64,000 nucleotides of DNA, taken from contig MU008198.1 of assembly GCA_010909165.1 (NCBI GenBank), forward strand, positions 248,001 to 312,000, in the 5' to 3' direction. Shown in pieces: positions 12,301 through 25,200 of the stretch. The position numbers and the translations under genes are program-made. The DNA comes from Anthoceros angustus. Taxonomy: Eukaryota; Plantae; Anthocerotophyta. The notes beneath the pieces were generated by a model. The model was not told the origin of the DNA and ran no database searches. It saw nothing but the letters and a program-made list of their open reading frames with translations. The first letter of the stretch is position 1, and every line of letters begins with the position of its first letter.

Positions 12301-15300
12301 CCAAGTGGGCGAGGCCTGCAAAGGCGGCGAAGGAGCTAAGTCACGCAAAGAGCGACCGGATCACTACACGTGATCGAACCGGTGGAGAGAGTCGCAGCAC
12401 CGAGGCTCAAGGTGACAGCGGCTATGGAGCAGCAAGGGCCAAGAGGGAGATAGGGATCTCCGAGTACACGAGGAAGTAGAGGAGAGGCGGCAGCAGATGG
12501 AGGATGAAGGACACTGGAGCTACAACCCAAGATGCGCTTGAGCAGTGATTCTCAACGAGAGAATCCACGACTCGAGCACGAAATAGAGTGCCCGCCCTCA
12601 AGACGGAGGAAAATCGGCGACTATCCAAGGAGTTGGACGCTGCTGCCATGGGAGCCGGAGGAAGTCCGAGCCTGGACGGAGGTATCCGACCGCCTGAGAG
12701 GGAGTCATGAGCTAAAGGCCGAATGAACGGAGGAGCGCGAGCACCGGAAGCGTAAAAGAAGCCGGTCCACCGAGAAAGGCGGAAGGGAACGCGCTATGGC
12801 GGTAAGCCGGGCAATGGAGAGGAAACGACGGAGCCGGAGGGTGGAGCAACAGCACCGCAGGAGGTGACCGAGGCCGCCTTGTAGCCTCGCGCGTGATACG
12901 CCCGGCCCACCACAACCGGGCAGAGAGGTGGCCCAACAAGCCGGCAAAGACGCCCCTAACACTTATGGCGGAGGGAGTATCGGTGCTCCGCACACGTGGA
13001 AGAGGCAATTCAACAAGTCGATCTGACTTTGCCTATTACCACGCCGAGCCCCGGCGAGAAGCCTCGACTCACCGCAAACGGACGGACCGGAAGGCTCAAG
13101 GAGATGAAGGCCACGGGGATGACAGGACCCTAGTGGCCTGCTTGAGATGACGGAGCGGCGGAGAGGAGCAACCGAGGAGGAACGAGGGAGCGGATGCGAT
13201 CGAGGTAAGCCCCGCACCTCACCATGGAAGGAGGGCCAACGGCGAGTCGCTACCACATGGACGGAATGCTTTGGGGTCTCGTGGTACAGCTGGAGAAGAC
13301 CTGTGGAAGTGGAGGCCACCCGAGGAGGATGGTGGAACCCAAGAGCAAGTGAAGGCCGAGGGGCAAAGGAAAGGCGGAGTCCCTCGCCGGATCGAGGAAG
13401 GGAAACGCCGGTGGCGGAGCGCGAGGCGGTTCAAGCAGACTGGTTCTTCACCAACAAGCAAGCTCAGAGGCCCAAGCGGGCGGAGGACCTTGCAGCTAAG
13501 AGGGAAGCGCAGCAGAGGCGGAAGAGGCCCGGCACAAGCAGAGAGCTCGGGACTGGAGGCGGCCCGGCCAGAGGCCAAGTGGGCGAGGCCTGTAAAGGCG
13601 GCGAAGGAGCCTGTCACAAGAAGAGCGACCGGATCACTACAGGGAGATCGAACCGGTGGAGAGAGCACAGTGCCCGAGGCTAACTCAAGGCCGCACAGCG
13701 GCTATGGAGCAGGCCAAGACTCGGGAGATAGGGATCTCCGAGCACACAGGAAGTAGAGGAGAGGCGGCAGCAGATGGAGGATGAAGGACACGGAGCTACA
13801 ACCCAAGATGCGTCGGAGAAGCAGTGATTCTCAACGAGAGAATCCACTTCGAGCACGAAATAGAGTGCCCATCCGTCAAGACGGAGGAAAATCGGCGACT
13901 ATCCAAGGAGTTGGACGCTGCTGTATGAGCTGGAGGAAGTCCGAGCCTGGACGGAGGTATCCGACCACTGGAGGGAGTCATGAGCTAAAGGCCGAATGAA
14001 CGGAGGAGCGAGCACCGGAAGCGTAAAAGAAGCCGGTCCACCGAGAAAGGCGGAAGGGAACGCCGCTATGGCGGTAAGCCGCAATGGAGAGGAAACGACG
14101 GAGCCGGAGCAGTGGAGCGCAACCGCAGGAGGTGACCGAGGCCGCCTTGTAGCCTCGTGATAGCCCGGCCCACCACAACCGGGCAGAGAGGTGGCCCAAC
14201 AAGCCGGCAAAGACGCCCCTAACACTTATGGCGGAGGGAGTATCGGTGCTCCGCACACGTGGAAGAGGCAATTCAACAAGTCGATCTGACTTTGCCTATT
14301 ACCACGAGCCCCGGCGAGAAGCCTCGACGTCACAGAAACGGACGGACCGGAAGGCTCAAGGAGATGAAGGCCACGGGGATGACGGACCCTAGTGGCCCCT
14401 GCTTGGAGATGACGGAGCGGAGAGGAGCAACCGAGGAGGAACGAGGAGCGGATGCGATCGAGGTAAGCCCCGCACCTCACCATGGAAGGAGGGCCAACGG
14501 GAGTCACTCGCGATCGGGAAGCTGGAGGACTTGAGGGAGAGCCACGGAGGAGTCCCGTGAGGGAGGAAACCTGGGTGGAGTCCTGACTCAAGTCCGGACC
14601 GGAAGGCTCAAGGAGATGAAGGCCACGGGACAAAGACAGGACCCTAGTGGCCTGCTTGAGATGACGGAGCGCGGAGAGGAGCAAGGGAGGAGCGAACGAG
14701 GGAGCGGATGCGATCGAGGTAAGCCCCGCACCTCACCATGGAAGGAGGGGCCAAAGGAGTCCCCGATCGGGAAATGGAGGACTTGAGGGAGAGCCACGAG
14801 GAGTCCCGTGAGGGAGGAAACCCGGTGGGCGGAGTCCTGACAAGTCCGGACTCGGTAATAAGTCCGGACTCAAGTCCGGACCTAATAACTGACCCCGAGG
14901 TCCGGACCCCAGACAAGGTCGGACCTAGCCCGGACCCCAGAATAAGCCGGACTCAAGTCTGTGGAGTCGAGACAGACCTCGAGGACCGATCGGCAAGAAG
15001 GAGGAGCCCCTTCGACTTACGCTTAGGGGAGCCGAGCCGGTGGCCCCACCGCGAAGGACCTGTGGAGGCCAGGGAGGATGACGCCGTGGTAACGGGCGGC
15101 TGCACCGCCGCCAGAGCCCAACCCGATGTGATTCCGGGAGAGGAGGGGCCTCACACGGATCATCCGATTGGGTGCACCACAACCGCTGTGACGGGATTGG
15201 ACCACCCATTCCGAGGCGGGCCAGACCTTCCACCCACAGGGCGAAGGAGATAGGGGGAAAATAGGTAGGGCCGATTAGGGTATACCGAGGGCTATCACCG

Positions 15301-15911
15301 TAATAGGGGTGTAATAAAGACGCCACCTTGGGCGCAGATAAGAGGGCCGAGGTCGCCTAGTAAAGCATCTTTCTCTTGGTGTTGATGCCGCTGCTGCACC
15401 TTTGTGAGTCTTCTTGCTAACGTGAGTCCCGAGTCACCGAGCGAGCACGACGCCCGGGAGATTGATCAAGGTCCCGTGACGGACTTAACGCTGTGGTGTG
15501 TGCTGGGAAGGGTGACCGTGATCTGCGTCGTCGAGCGGGTCCGACCGAACGGACTGAACGTGTGAGCCGGAGGAACGGGAGGGCGTGTAGAGCCCGGACG
15601 AGAGGCCCCGGAACGACGGAGGAGGTCCGGATCACAGAACCCGCCTTTTTCTCAAGAGGAGCGTGAGGGAGAGAGGAAAGGACGATGCGTGAGGATGTAT
15701 GTGAACGATACGACGCGAACGGGTCTCAAACGCTTGGCCATACCGCACGGTGAACGCTGTGAGTAGTTAGGAGTATGTGTGTGGAGACCGAACGAGCGCT
15801 AAGGACGAGAATCACCAAACGTAAACGGGCCTATCATTCCCTTTGGGAACGGACTTCTTCCTACAACGACACGGATTGTGGCGCTACCGGCCATCAGAAA
15901 AGTCCGCCACA
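9357..15911 (+). repeat. Gypsy 5' LTR, inflated by internal duplications
   Basis: Colinear with 22225-26627; ends GAAAAGTCCGCCACA just before the PBS; internal duplicated blocks, e.g. ~11970-13230 vs ~13250-14490. Confidence 0.85.
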
Positions 15912-15914
15912 TTT

Positions 15915-15929
15915 TGGCGCTGCGGGAAT
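15915..15929 (+). promoter_or_regulatory. Gypsy primer-binding site (tRNA-Asp-like, degenerate)
   Basis: TGGCGCTGCGGGAAT 3 nt after the LTR end, resembling the TGGCGCCGTTGCCGGG PBS of Athila-type elements. Confidence 0.65.
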
Positions 15930-16198
15930 GAAATCGGTCTGGTGTGCCGCAGTGCGCCCTTAGGAAGAGAAGGTAAGTGAATGCGTGAGGTCGAGCGACG
16001 GTCAAGAGTGAACCGCCGGAGGATCGGACGTGGTCACTGCCTCTCCGAGCCGTGAGAGAGAGACGCCAAACCCAACGAGAGCACCGCCGATCGAGGAGGG
16101 AGAACGTGGTCGAATTGCGGACCAAGACGAGTACGGGTACAAGGGACGCCAACGGAAGAAGGTAGGATGCCACGCCTAACCCAATCGATGGCGCAGCC

Positions 16199-19100
16199 AT
16201 GGCCCCTACCTCGACCAAACAAGCGCATCTATATTCGGAGGGAAGAAGGAGCGGATGCGAGACCTTTGTGGAGGACTTCGTGTCCAAAGCCAACTTCAAC
16301 GGAGAGGGAGTCGACGCACTCATCCAAATTTTCCAAGGGGTTCTCCGAGGACCGCTCAATGGTATCGGAGAAAGTACCGACCACCGGAGAATGCCCCACC
16401 CGCCTCGCTTGAAGCTTTGAAAATGCCTTCTTAGAACGGTTTCGAGGATCGACCGTGAGGGGTATGTATTATCAAAGTTGGAAAATCAAGCGAGGAAGAA
16501 GGAGAAGCCGGGCTCAGACATCGAGCGGTTCTATGCCCCGAGGATCGGCATCCAACCCATACCACGATGCAAGCGTACGGTGGTTCGCGGCCGGTCTAGC
16601 CAAACCCATGGCTGTGCACGCCCCGCCGCCGCCGAGAAGGACGGCAAGGCGGTCGAGGCCAAAACTACGAGGAATCGCTACATCGAGGATAAAGAAATCT
16701 CAAGGAGGCAAGAAGAAGAAGAAGAAACGGGTTCGGACTCGAGGAGGAAGAGTCTTGTGAGGAGGAGGAAGACCAATCGGAGGTGTCTTCGAGGAGGAGC
16801 AAGTCCAAGAAGAGACGGAGGTCTCTAGCGAGGAAGAGTATCCCGCAAGAAGAAGAGCAAGAAAGCCCCGCCAAAAAGAAGTGGTAAGAAGGAGGTGGTG
16901 ACCAAAGACCGTCCGAGAAGCCCCGGACCCGACTCCCTCAAAGGAGGTAGTGTGTCCGCGGGGAGGACCGGAAAAGTGATAAAGAGAGTAGAGGACCGCG
17001 ATAAACCAAAGTTAAGGACCGAGCGCGGAAAACACCGACCACGGCGAACGCATCTCGTGTGTGCCGCAGAACACGGCCATTCGAAGTCCAACCGCCTCAA
17101 GGCCGCATCAAGTGGACTACGAATACGAGGAGGAGGCCGAGGAGCAATGGGAAGAGGCCTATCGTGCATGTGAAGCCCCTCGGGCCGCGATATCCCAAAA
17201 CCATGTATCCGCCAACCGGAGGTCCGCAACGGGCCCCACCGATGCAAAGACCGCATGGGAGCCCTTCGTATCCTCCGACCGTGGTCCGTTGGAACGGGAA
17301 TCCCGCCATTACTCCAACGCTGTCCGCACCAACGAGGTGGTAATGGGGACTTCGAGTCGGTGGCGATCGCCAAGGGGTATGGCATGTGCAAGACGCTATG
17401 TCCCAACCCCGCACAAGGACGTACGATATGCCACACCAAGCGGAGAACCCGACCACCAACGCCACCTCCTAAGACCGGACCACGGCAAGTCAAGATGCTG
17501 GGCCATGGGAAGAGATTCCCAGAGGTACGCGAGATGGAAAAGAACAAGAAGGTACGGTGGGGGTGTCGAAGGAAGGAGTGGGTGGAAATCTTGAGGTGTC
17601 CAGAGTCAAGGAAGGAGCGAGAAAGGCGCCATTGAAGAAGAACAAGATCGAGGAAGCCACGACGCCGAGGAAGGCAATCAAACAAATACCACAGAGGATC
17701 CGACCGATGAAGGAGGGCCGGGACGGCAGCTCGCCGAGGGATTACTCAAGGAAGTTCTCCGACAGGAGAAGGAGAACGGTGCCTCGACGGCGACGTTAGC
17801 TTCCACCGGACGTAGTCCGGAGGTGACCGAGATGTTGCAGGAGGAAATGCGCAAGCATCCGGAGAATACCGTAACACGTGACCCGGGAGAGGATGAGGAC
17901 GCAGCAGCAGGATCCTCGATTGGGGTAGAAGCCTCTGCCCCCTTTAATGTGGCGGACCGATGATGAATCGCAGACCTTGTGTCCTTTCGACAACCGCCGA
18001 GGGATAACCCAAATACCGCAAGAGGTCCGTGGCCGTTAGGGAAACCCACCATGAGCACCAAAGCCGTGAAGGGTAGCAGGAAGTGAGGGTGGTGTCCCAT
18101 ACCACCTGTGGGCGCCAGGGGTACAAGTGGAGATTGGATGTATCATCAAGGATGTACCGCTGGACACGGGTCCGAGTCAACCTCATCACCGCACGACGAA
18201 AATTGGGCTTCACATCCTTCAACCTCAACGAAGACTCGAGATGGCGTATATGTCAAGAAGAGATCCGCGGGAGTTAACCGAGTCTTGGCCACCATAGCCG
18301 CACCCTACAAACCGGATTTTGTTGTGATCAAACCGCCGGACCATTAGGGTATGAGGTGTTGGGCGGCCATGGTGGGTTGGCCTGCAAAGCTACACTTTGG
18401 AAGGAAGGAGATTCACTCAAGCCGGTGGACTGGGACCCTAAGGCGAGAAGGAGGGTTGCTATCACCGGAGCAAGGACACCTATTGTGGGGAAACTGAGCA
18501 CTACAAGGGTATACCTGGAGGACTCCACCGGCGACGAACAAGATAGTTCCGAGGAGGCGACTTTCGCCAAGATCCCGGTCCGAGGAGGAGATGGACTACT
18601 GGATGCCTTTGCGGAAGTGGTTGATTGTTTTAGTAAACGCCACAACGGGCCGGAGGAAGGAAGTGAAGAGGAGGTCGGACCAAAGACAAGGGGAGACAAC
18701 AAGAGTCGGACCAAGGAAAAGCGGACATCAAGGAGTAACACGATTCACCTCCGACGAGCTCTTCGAGAATGGGGATGCGAGAGGACGATCCCGAGAGGAG
18801 GACGAGGGGTTTGGACGAGGCAAAGACGGAGACGGTGAACCCGGACGACGTGGAAGAAGTGGAGGTCCGCCAGCAAATTCTCAAGTTTAAGAAAGGCATG
18901 CCTCCGGACCAAGGAAGGACTAAAGCATGCTGGGGAGTTTTATGAGGTGTTCGCCTTCAAGGTCACGGACATGAAGGGCATTCAAGAAGTGGGAGAGCAT
19001 AAGATCGATTTGCCGAGCGTGCCATCAATCCGACAATACAAGCTCAACCCCAAGTATTCGATCAAGGTGAAGGAGGTCCTTGATAAGTACCGGAGGCAGA

Positions 19101-22100
19101 CATCATTTTCCCCATCGTCAACAGCCGAGTGGTCGATTGTGGTGGTTCCCAAGAAACCAGACAAATTCGGTATGCCAAGATTGAGGAAGCTCAACGCGAA
19201 CGAGAAGGACCACTTCCGATGCCATTCAGAGACACATTTTGGACAAGGTGGACGGATGACTACTTACTCCTTCCTCGGATGGCTACTCCGGATACAACCA
19301 ATTGCACCTAAGGGAGTTTGACCGACAAGACGACCTTCACTACGGAGTGTACGCTTGCCTACAAGAGAAGTGCCTTTGGGATGACCGAGCGCTGTGGTCG
19401 CTCATGCGATGGTGACCAACGCCTTCCGTGACTTCGAGGGACTTCATGGAGATATTCTGGATGATTTTGTGTGCATGGGGAGCAGGACAAACACCTTGGG
19501 CATCTAAGAAGGTGCTTGAGCGCCGGAGACTCAATTGAGCCTACACCGAGAAATGCTACTTTGGAAACGGAGGGAATCTTGTCGGACATCGGGTGTCGGC
19601 GCTGAATCGAGGTGGACCAGACAAGGTCCGGTCATCCGCCTCCACCACGAACCTAAAGGAGCCGAGAGGTTTCGGAATGGTGGGATACTACCGGTTTATT
19701 AAGGACTTTGCAAGAGGGCGCTAAGCGATGTAACTATCGCGAAGGAGGAGGTTTGGACCGGGTCACGGAGCGAGAGGAGGCCTTCGGAGAAGGTAACACC
19801 TTGGTAAGCACCGTTCTAAGAGGACCGGATCGGAAATTTCATGTGTATGTAGACGTGTCCGCTTTATCGGTAGTGCCGAGCCGAAGGACGACAAGCGGGA
19901 TTATCCCGTACTACGCCGGAATACCACACGCGAAAAAATACACAACTACAGAGGGCAATCGGGTATGGTATATGCCAAGAAATTCGACACTACCTACTAC
20001 CCAAAGGAGTTTGTGTTCTATGTAGACCACTTTGCTCAAGCATCCGGTGAATAAGACGGACGTCCGGACGCAAGGTGGATATTGTTGCCGCAGGAGTTCA
20101 CGTCAAGTGGAAACAAGACAAGGGAGGCAAGACCAAAATGCATTTCACGATTGAAAACAGAGTGTTGAGAGATCGTGAAGATGCTCCGGATGAGACATTG
20201 GTTGCCGCAGAAAAGTACAACCGGAGGAGCCCACCGACCGAACCCCAAGCTACGAACCGGCACGGTAGTGAAGGAGGGTCCGCCGTCCGACCCACGAAGA
20301 AATAGAGCGCACTGGGAATGGAGCTTCAAAATCATGATGTGAGGGAGGCATTCGTGCACTATGCTCGACCCTTCGTAATGTACAACGGTGTGTGTTCAAA
20401 TTAGGGCCGGACGGAGTAGAACGAAGGTACTTGCAACCGCAGAGGAGCCAAGGGAATGCAAGGGGATTGGGGAGGACACTACGCAAGAGTCACCACCAAA
20501 AGATTTTGAAGCGGATACCGTGGCCAACAATGTATGGGGACACCCACCGCTTAGGAAGAAGTGTGATGCTTGTCCGGATCGAGCAGAAATTTCATGTGTA
20601 TGTAGACGTGTCCGCTTTGCTATCGGAGTAGTGCCGAGCCGTAAGGACAAGCGGATTATCCCGTATACTACTACATACCACCCACGCTGAACGAAAATAC
20701 ACAACTACAGAGCCAAGCACCGGGTATGGTATATGCCAAGAAATTCGACACTACCTACTACCCAAAGGAGTTTGTGTTCTATGTAGACCACTTTGCGTCA
20801 AGCATCCGGTGAATAAGACGGACCGTCGGACGGATAGCAAGGTGGATATTGTTGCTGCAGGAGTTCACGTCAAGTGGAAACAAGACAAGGGAGGCAAGAC
20901 CAAAATGCGATTTCCGTCACGATTGAAAACAGAGTGTGTTGAGAGATCGTGAAGATGCTCCGGATGAGAGACATTGGTTGCCGCAGAAAAGTACAACCGG
21001 AGGAGCCCACCGATCAACCCCAAGCTACGAGAACGGCAGCCTTAGCGGAGAAGGGAGGGTCCGCCGTCCGACCCACGAAGAAATAGAGCGGTACTGGGAA
21101 TGGAGCTTCCGATGATGAGGGAGGCATTCGTGCACTATGCTCGACCCTTCGTAATGTACAACGGTGTGTGTTCAAATTAGGGCCGGACGGAGTAGAACGA
21201 AGGTACTTGCAACCGGCAGAGACAGGAGCGGTCGTCAGGGGAATGCACGAAGGATTGGGGAGGACACTACGCAAAGAGTCACCACCAAAAGATTTTGAAG
21301 CGGATACGGTGGCCAACAATGTATGGGGACACCCACCGCTTAGGAAGAAGTGTGATGCTTGTCACCGGATCGGAAAGCCAACCCCGACGACAGGGCCGCT
21401 AGTACCGATATTGGCACGCACCTTCAAAAGTGGGGTATTGACTTTGTTGGACCTATACACTACGACAAGACACACACAAAGGAGATACATCCCGTGGCAA
21501 CGGACCATCGCACTGTGGGTAGAGGCGACAAGAACGGACTCCGCAAATACCGTGGCCAAATTCGACGAGAACATCATAACCCGCACGGATGTCCGCAGCT
21601 TGGTAAGTGATAGGGGAACCCATTTCCTTAATGATGTGGTGGCCGCCATGACGGAGTATTTCGCATCAATCATCGCAAGACGGCACCCTACAATCCTAAG
21701 GCCAATGGGTCAGAGAAGACAAATGGGCTCATCTCAGGATCTGAATAAACTCACAAGGAACTACGCCCATGATCGATACAAGTCCATCCGACTGTATGCC
21801 CGACAGAGAAGGTGACCACACAACGGACCCTTACTTGACCTACGACACTCCGTAATGCCGAGAGTTTGAAGTGCCCACTTTTCGAGTAATGATGGAAGGA
21901 GACGAAGAGGAAAGCCAGCTGAGCGACTCTGGGGTTTGCATACAGAGGACAGGAAGAAGCTCAAAGATGCAACAGTAAAACCAAAAGATTTGGCACGATC
22001 ACCGCTGAATCGAGTATGTAAAGGAAGGGGACCGCCCTCCTTTATGATAGTCTACATGCATTTTCCGTGCAAACTTCACCGAGATGGATGGGTCCGTCAA

Positions 22101-22180
22101 GTGGTGCAAGTATATGACAACGGGTCCGTCCCCCACGATGCCTAGATGGAGAGCTGCCCACTCAAACGGGGCGGGTGAAG
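16199..22180 (+). pseudogene. Gypsy gag-pol (heavily frameshifted)
   Basis: Gag-like start at 16199; Zn-knuckle remnant ~17360-17440; protease (VPLDTG..VNLI ~18150); RT (EHKIDL..QYKLNPKY, SIVVVPKK, SFLDGYSGYNQI); RNase H (FHVYVDVS, KYTTTE); integrase (CDACHRIGKP, WGIDFVGP, LVSDRGTHFLNDVV). Confidence 0.9.
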
Positions 22181-22212
22181 ATTATGTTAGTGTTGGCGAG
22201 ACGCCAACAGAT

Positions 22213-22222
22213 GAGAAGGGAG
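22213..22222 (+). promoter_or_regulatory. Gypsy polypurine tract
   Basis: GAGAAGGGAG 2 nt before the 3' LTR start TGTGGG. Confidence 0.75.
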
Positions 22223-22224
22223 TA

Positions 22225-25200
22225 TGTGGGCTATGCACTTCGGGAGTTAAGAAATAAGTAGGGTTTCGCTTTTTAGGATTGAAGGATAAATAAGGCGGAA
22301 AAGGAGGAATAAATTGGGGTAGCGCCGACGAGGCTCGAGTATACTCCGACTGGAGTGAACAACGGACCTGTACACTATGGCAAGCTCCGGACCACGCCGG
22401 AGTAACGGATAAGTCCGAACCCACTCCAGTCAAAATAGGATAAGTACGCCAGGAAAGTAACCTAGGAGCGGAGGCGTGAGGATGCACGAGGCGGCGCCAC
22501 GGACGGCCCCGAGTGGAGGTCGGCATGCAGGCAGACTGCAACCTGCCGAGGCGCATATTATTCACGCCCGCGGCGCGCGCGCGTAAGGCCGAGTAAGCAA
22601 GCGAGGGTCGAGTAAGCCATGCACTCGCCACGACAACGAAGAGGCGCCTTCCGCCCAGCGCTTTCCACAAGCGCGCCAAGGAGAGGAGGTCATTTCCGCG
22701 CAGCCTCCGCATAATCCTCAGCGCCCGCAATCCGCTCGCGCTATCTTTTGGGCGCCGCCCAGAGCGCGCACCGAAGGTTGGAGCAACGAACGCGAAGGAG
22801 GAACATCGTGCCACGGACTCCAGCCACAAAGAACAAGAGGAGGAGAAAGCAATGGCACCCAAAAGCCGACGGAGTCTGGGAGCCATGGACCGTGGAGCGC
22901 AACATTGTGACCCGCGCTATCCGGACTTCGGCCCGGCCGGAGGAAGGTGGGAATTGGTGCAGAGTGGCATCCGGACGTGTTCCAAATGGTCTCGACCTTT
23001 GACAATATACTCTAGTCCGGAGTTTGCCCGAAGATGCCGGCGATCAACAAGGAGGTCCGATCCAAGAACCTCCGGAGGACCCGAGGCGATGGACCTTGAG
23101 GTCCCGAGGATGGCCTACAACCGCGAAGGAGGAAGAAGGGGCGTGGTGCCGAGCCCCTTAAGGCGGGAAGATAGGGCCGCCCACGCGCGAGGCTCGAACG
23201 CAGGACAACCAACGGATGGTTGATATCCGATCCGCCGGATCCGAGGCGGTAGCCCGGATCATTGTCCATTGAACTCGCCACCAAGGTGGATCACCTTGGT
23301 GATAACTCGCTGGTATTCTCGCATGCGCCCATGGGAAGAGAGCGGACGGGAAGGATTATCTTCGCCTGCCTCGAGGCACGCAAGCTAAGGAGCGAGAAGC
23401 CTCGCCATCGGGCGACTACATTCATGTATGGGGACATTTCGAGCTCTCAAGGAGGGAGAGCTTGAGCGGCGCTCCGGAGGCCGGAGGCCCCGCCAAGTAG
23501 AGCGTGCAAGGGCGCCTGAGGTGGGGGTCGCCTTCAAGACCAAGCGACTCGGAGGAGGACGACCGGGAGGATTCCTGACATACGTCTGAGCGAACCCCTC
23601 ACCACCTGTGGAAGTTTGGGAGGCGATTCCCCTTCCTCCTTTTGGTGCCCTCCGAGGCCAGGAGGGAGCCGATGCCGAGGGCGGGCGGCCCGCACCGGCA
23701 GCAGCCCAACAACCACGACGCCGAGCCCCGACGAACTCAACGGGAGTCAAGAGGCGAAGACGGTGCCGCTTACCAACGCAAAGACAAGGTGCCAGATTTA
23801 CCCCGCCACCTGAGTGGCAAGAGGTCAAGAGGCGGTAAGGAGGGCGAAAGGACGCTCAAGGAGCAGGAGGTCGGGCAGCCCCCACCCCGAGCCGGCCCCT
23901 GCCCCGGCTGTGAAGGGGCAAAAGAGCTTGCTCCCTGACCCCTCACCTCCTCCGAGCCCTGTGAGAAAGAGGGCACAAAGGAGTTAGAGGCCAAGAGGGC
24001 CAAGAGGGTGAGACTCTGACACCACTGTGACCCGAGGGTCCCGATTAGGTCCGAGAACCCACCGACTTACTCCGGATCATGGTATGGAGGTCCTCGGACC
24101 GAGAAATGCCGGCTCCACTACGGACTTTGTGGGGCCTCACTGCGGCCGTGGAAGAAACACGGCGAGTTCCTGCTACCGCCATGGACGGAATGCTTTGGGG
24201 TCTCGTGGTACATGGAGAAGACCTGGAAGTGGAGGCCACCCGAGGAGGATGGTGGAACCCAAGAGCAAGTGAAGGCCGAGGGGCAAAGGAAAGGCGGAGT
24301 CCCTCGCCGGATCGAGGAAGGGAAACGCGGTGGCGGAGCGAGGCCCGGCGGTTCAGCAGACTGGTTAAGGTTCTTCACAGGCGTACCAAGCAAGCTCAGA
24401 GGCCCGGGCGGAGGACCTGCGAAGAGGGAAGCGCAGCAGAGGCGAAGAGGCCCCGCACAAGCGCAGAGAGCTCGACCGGCGGAGGCGGCTGGCCAGCCAA
24501 GTGGGCGAGGCCTGTAAAGGCGGCGAAGGAGCCTAAGCCGCGAAGAGCGACCGGATCACTATGACGTGATCGAACCGTGGAGAGTCACAGTGCCCGAGGC
24601 TCAAGGCCGCACAGCGGCTGGGAGTGAAGGGCCAAGAGACTCGGGAGATAGGGGATCTCCGAGTACCGGGTAGAAGTAGAGGAGAGCAGATGGAGGATGC
24701 AAGGACACGCTGAGCTACAACCCAAGATGCGCTTGAGGCAGTGATTCTCAACGAGAATCCACGACTCGAGCACGAGAGTGCCCATCCGTCTCAAGACGGA
24801 GGAAAATCGCGACTATCCAAGGAGTTGGACGCTGCCGTGCCATGTATGAGCCGGAGGAAGTCCGAGCCTGGACGGAGGTATCCGACCGCCCGGAGAGGGA
24901 GTCATGAGCTAAAGGCCGTAATGAACGGAGGAGCGAGCACCGGAAGCGAAAGAAGCCGCTGGTCCAAAGAAAGGCGGAAGGGAACGCCGCGCTATGGCGG
25001 TAAGCCGGCAATGGAGAGGAAACGACGGAGCCGGAGTGGAGCAACAGGCGCAGGAGGTGACCGAGGCCGCCTTGTAGCCTCGTGATACACCGCCCACACA
25101 ACCGCGGAGAGGTGGCCCAACAAGCCGGCAAAGACGCCCACCCTAACACTTATGGCGGAGGGAGTATCGGTGCCCGCACACGTGGAAGAGGCAATTCAAC

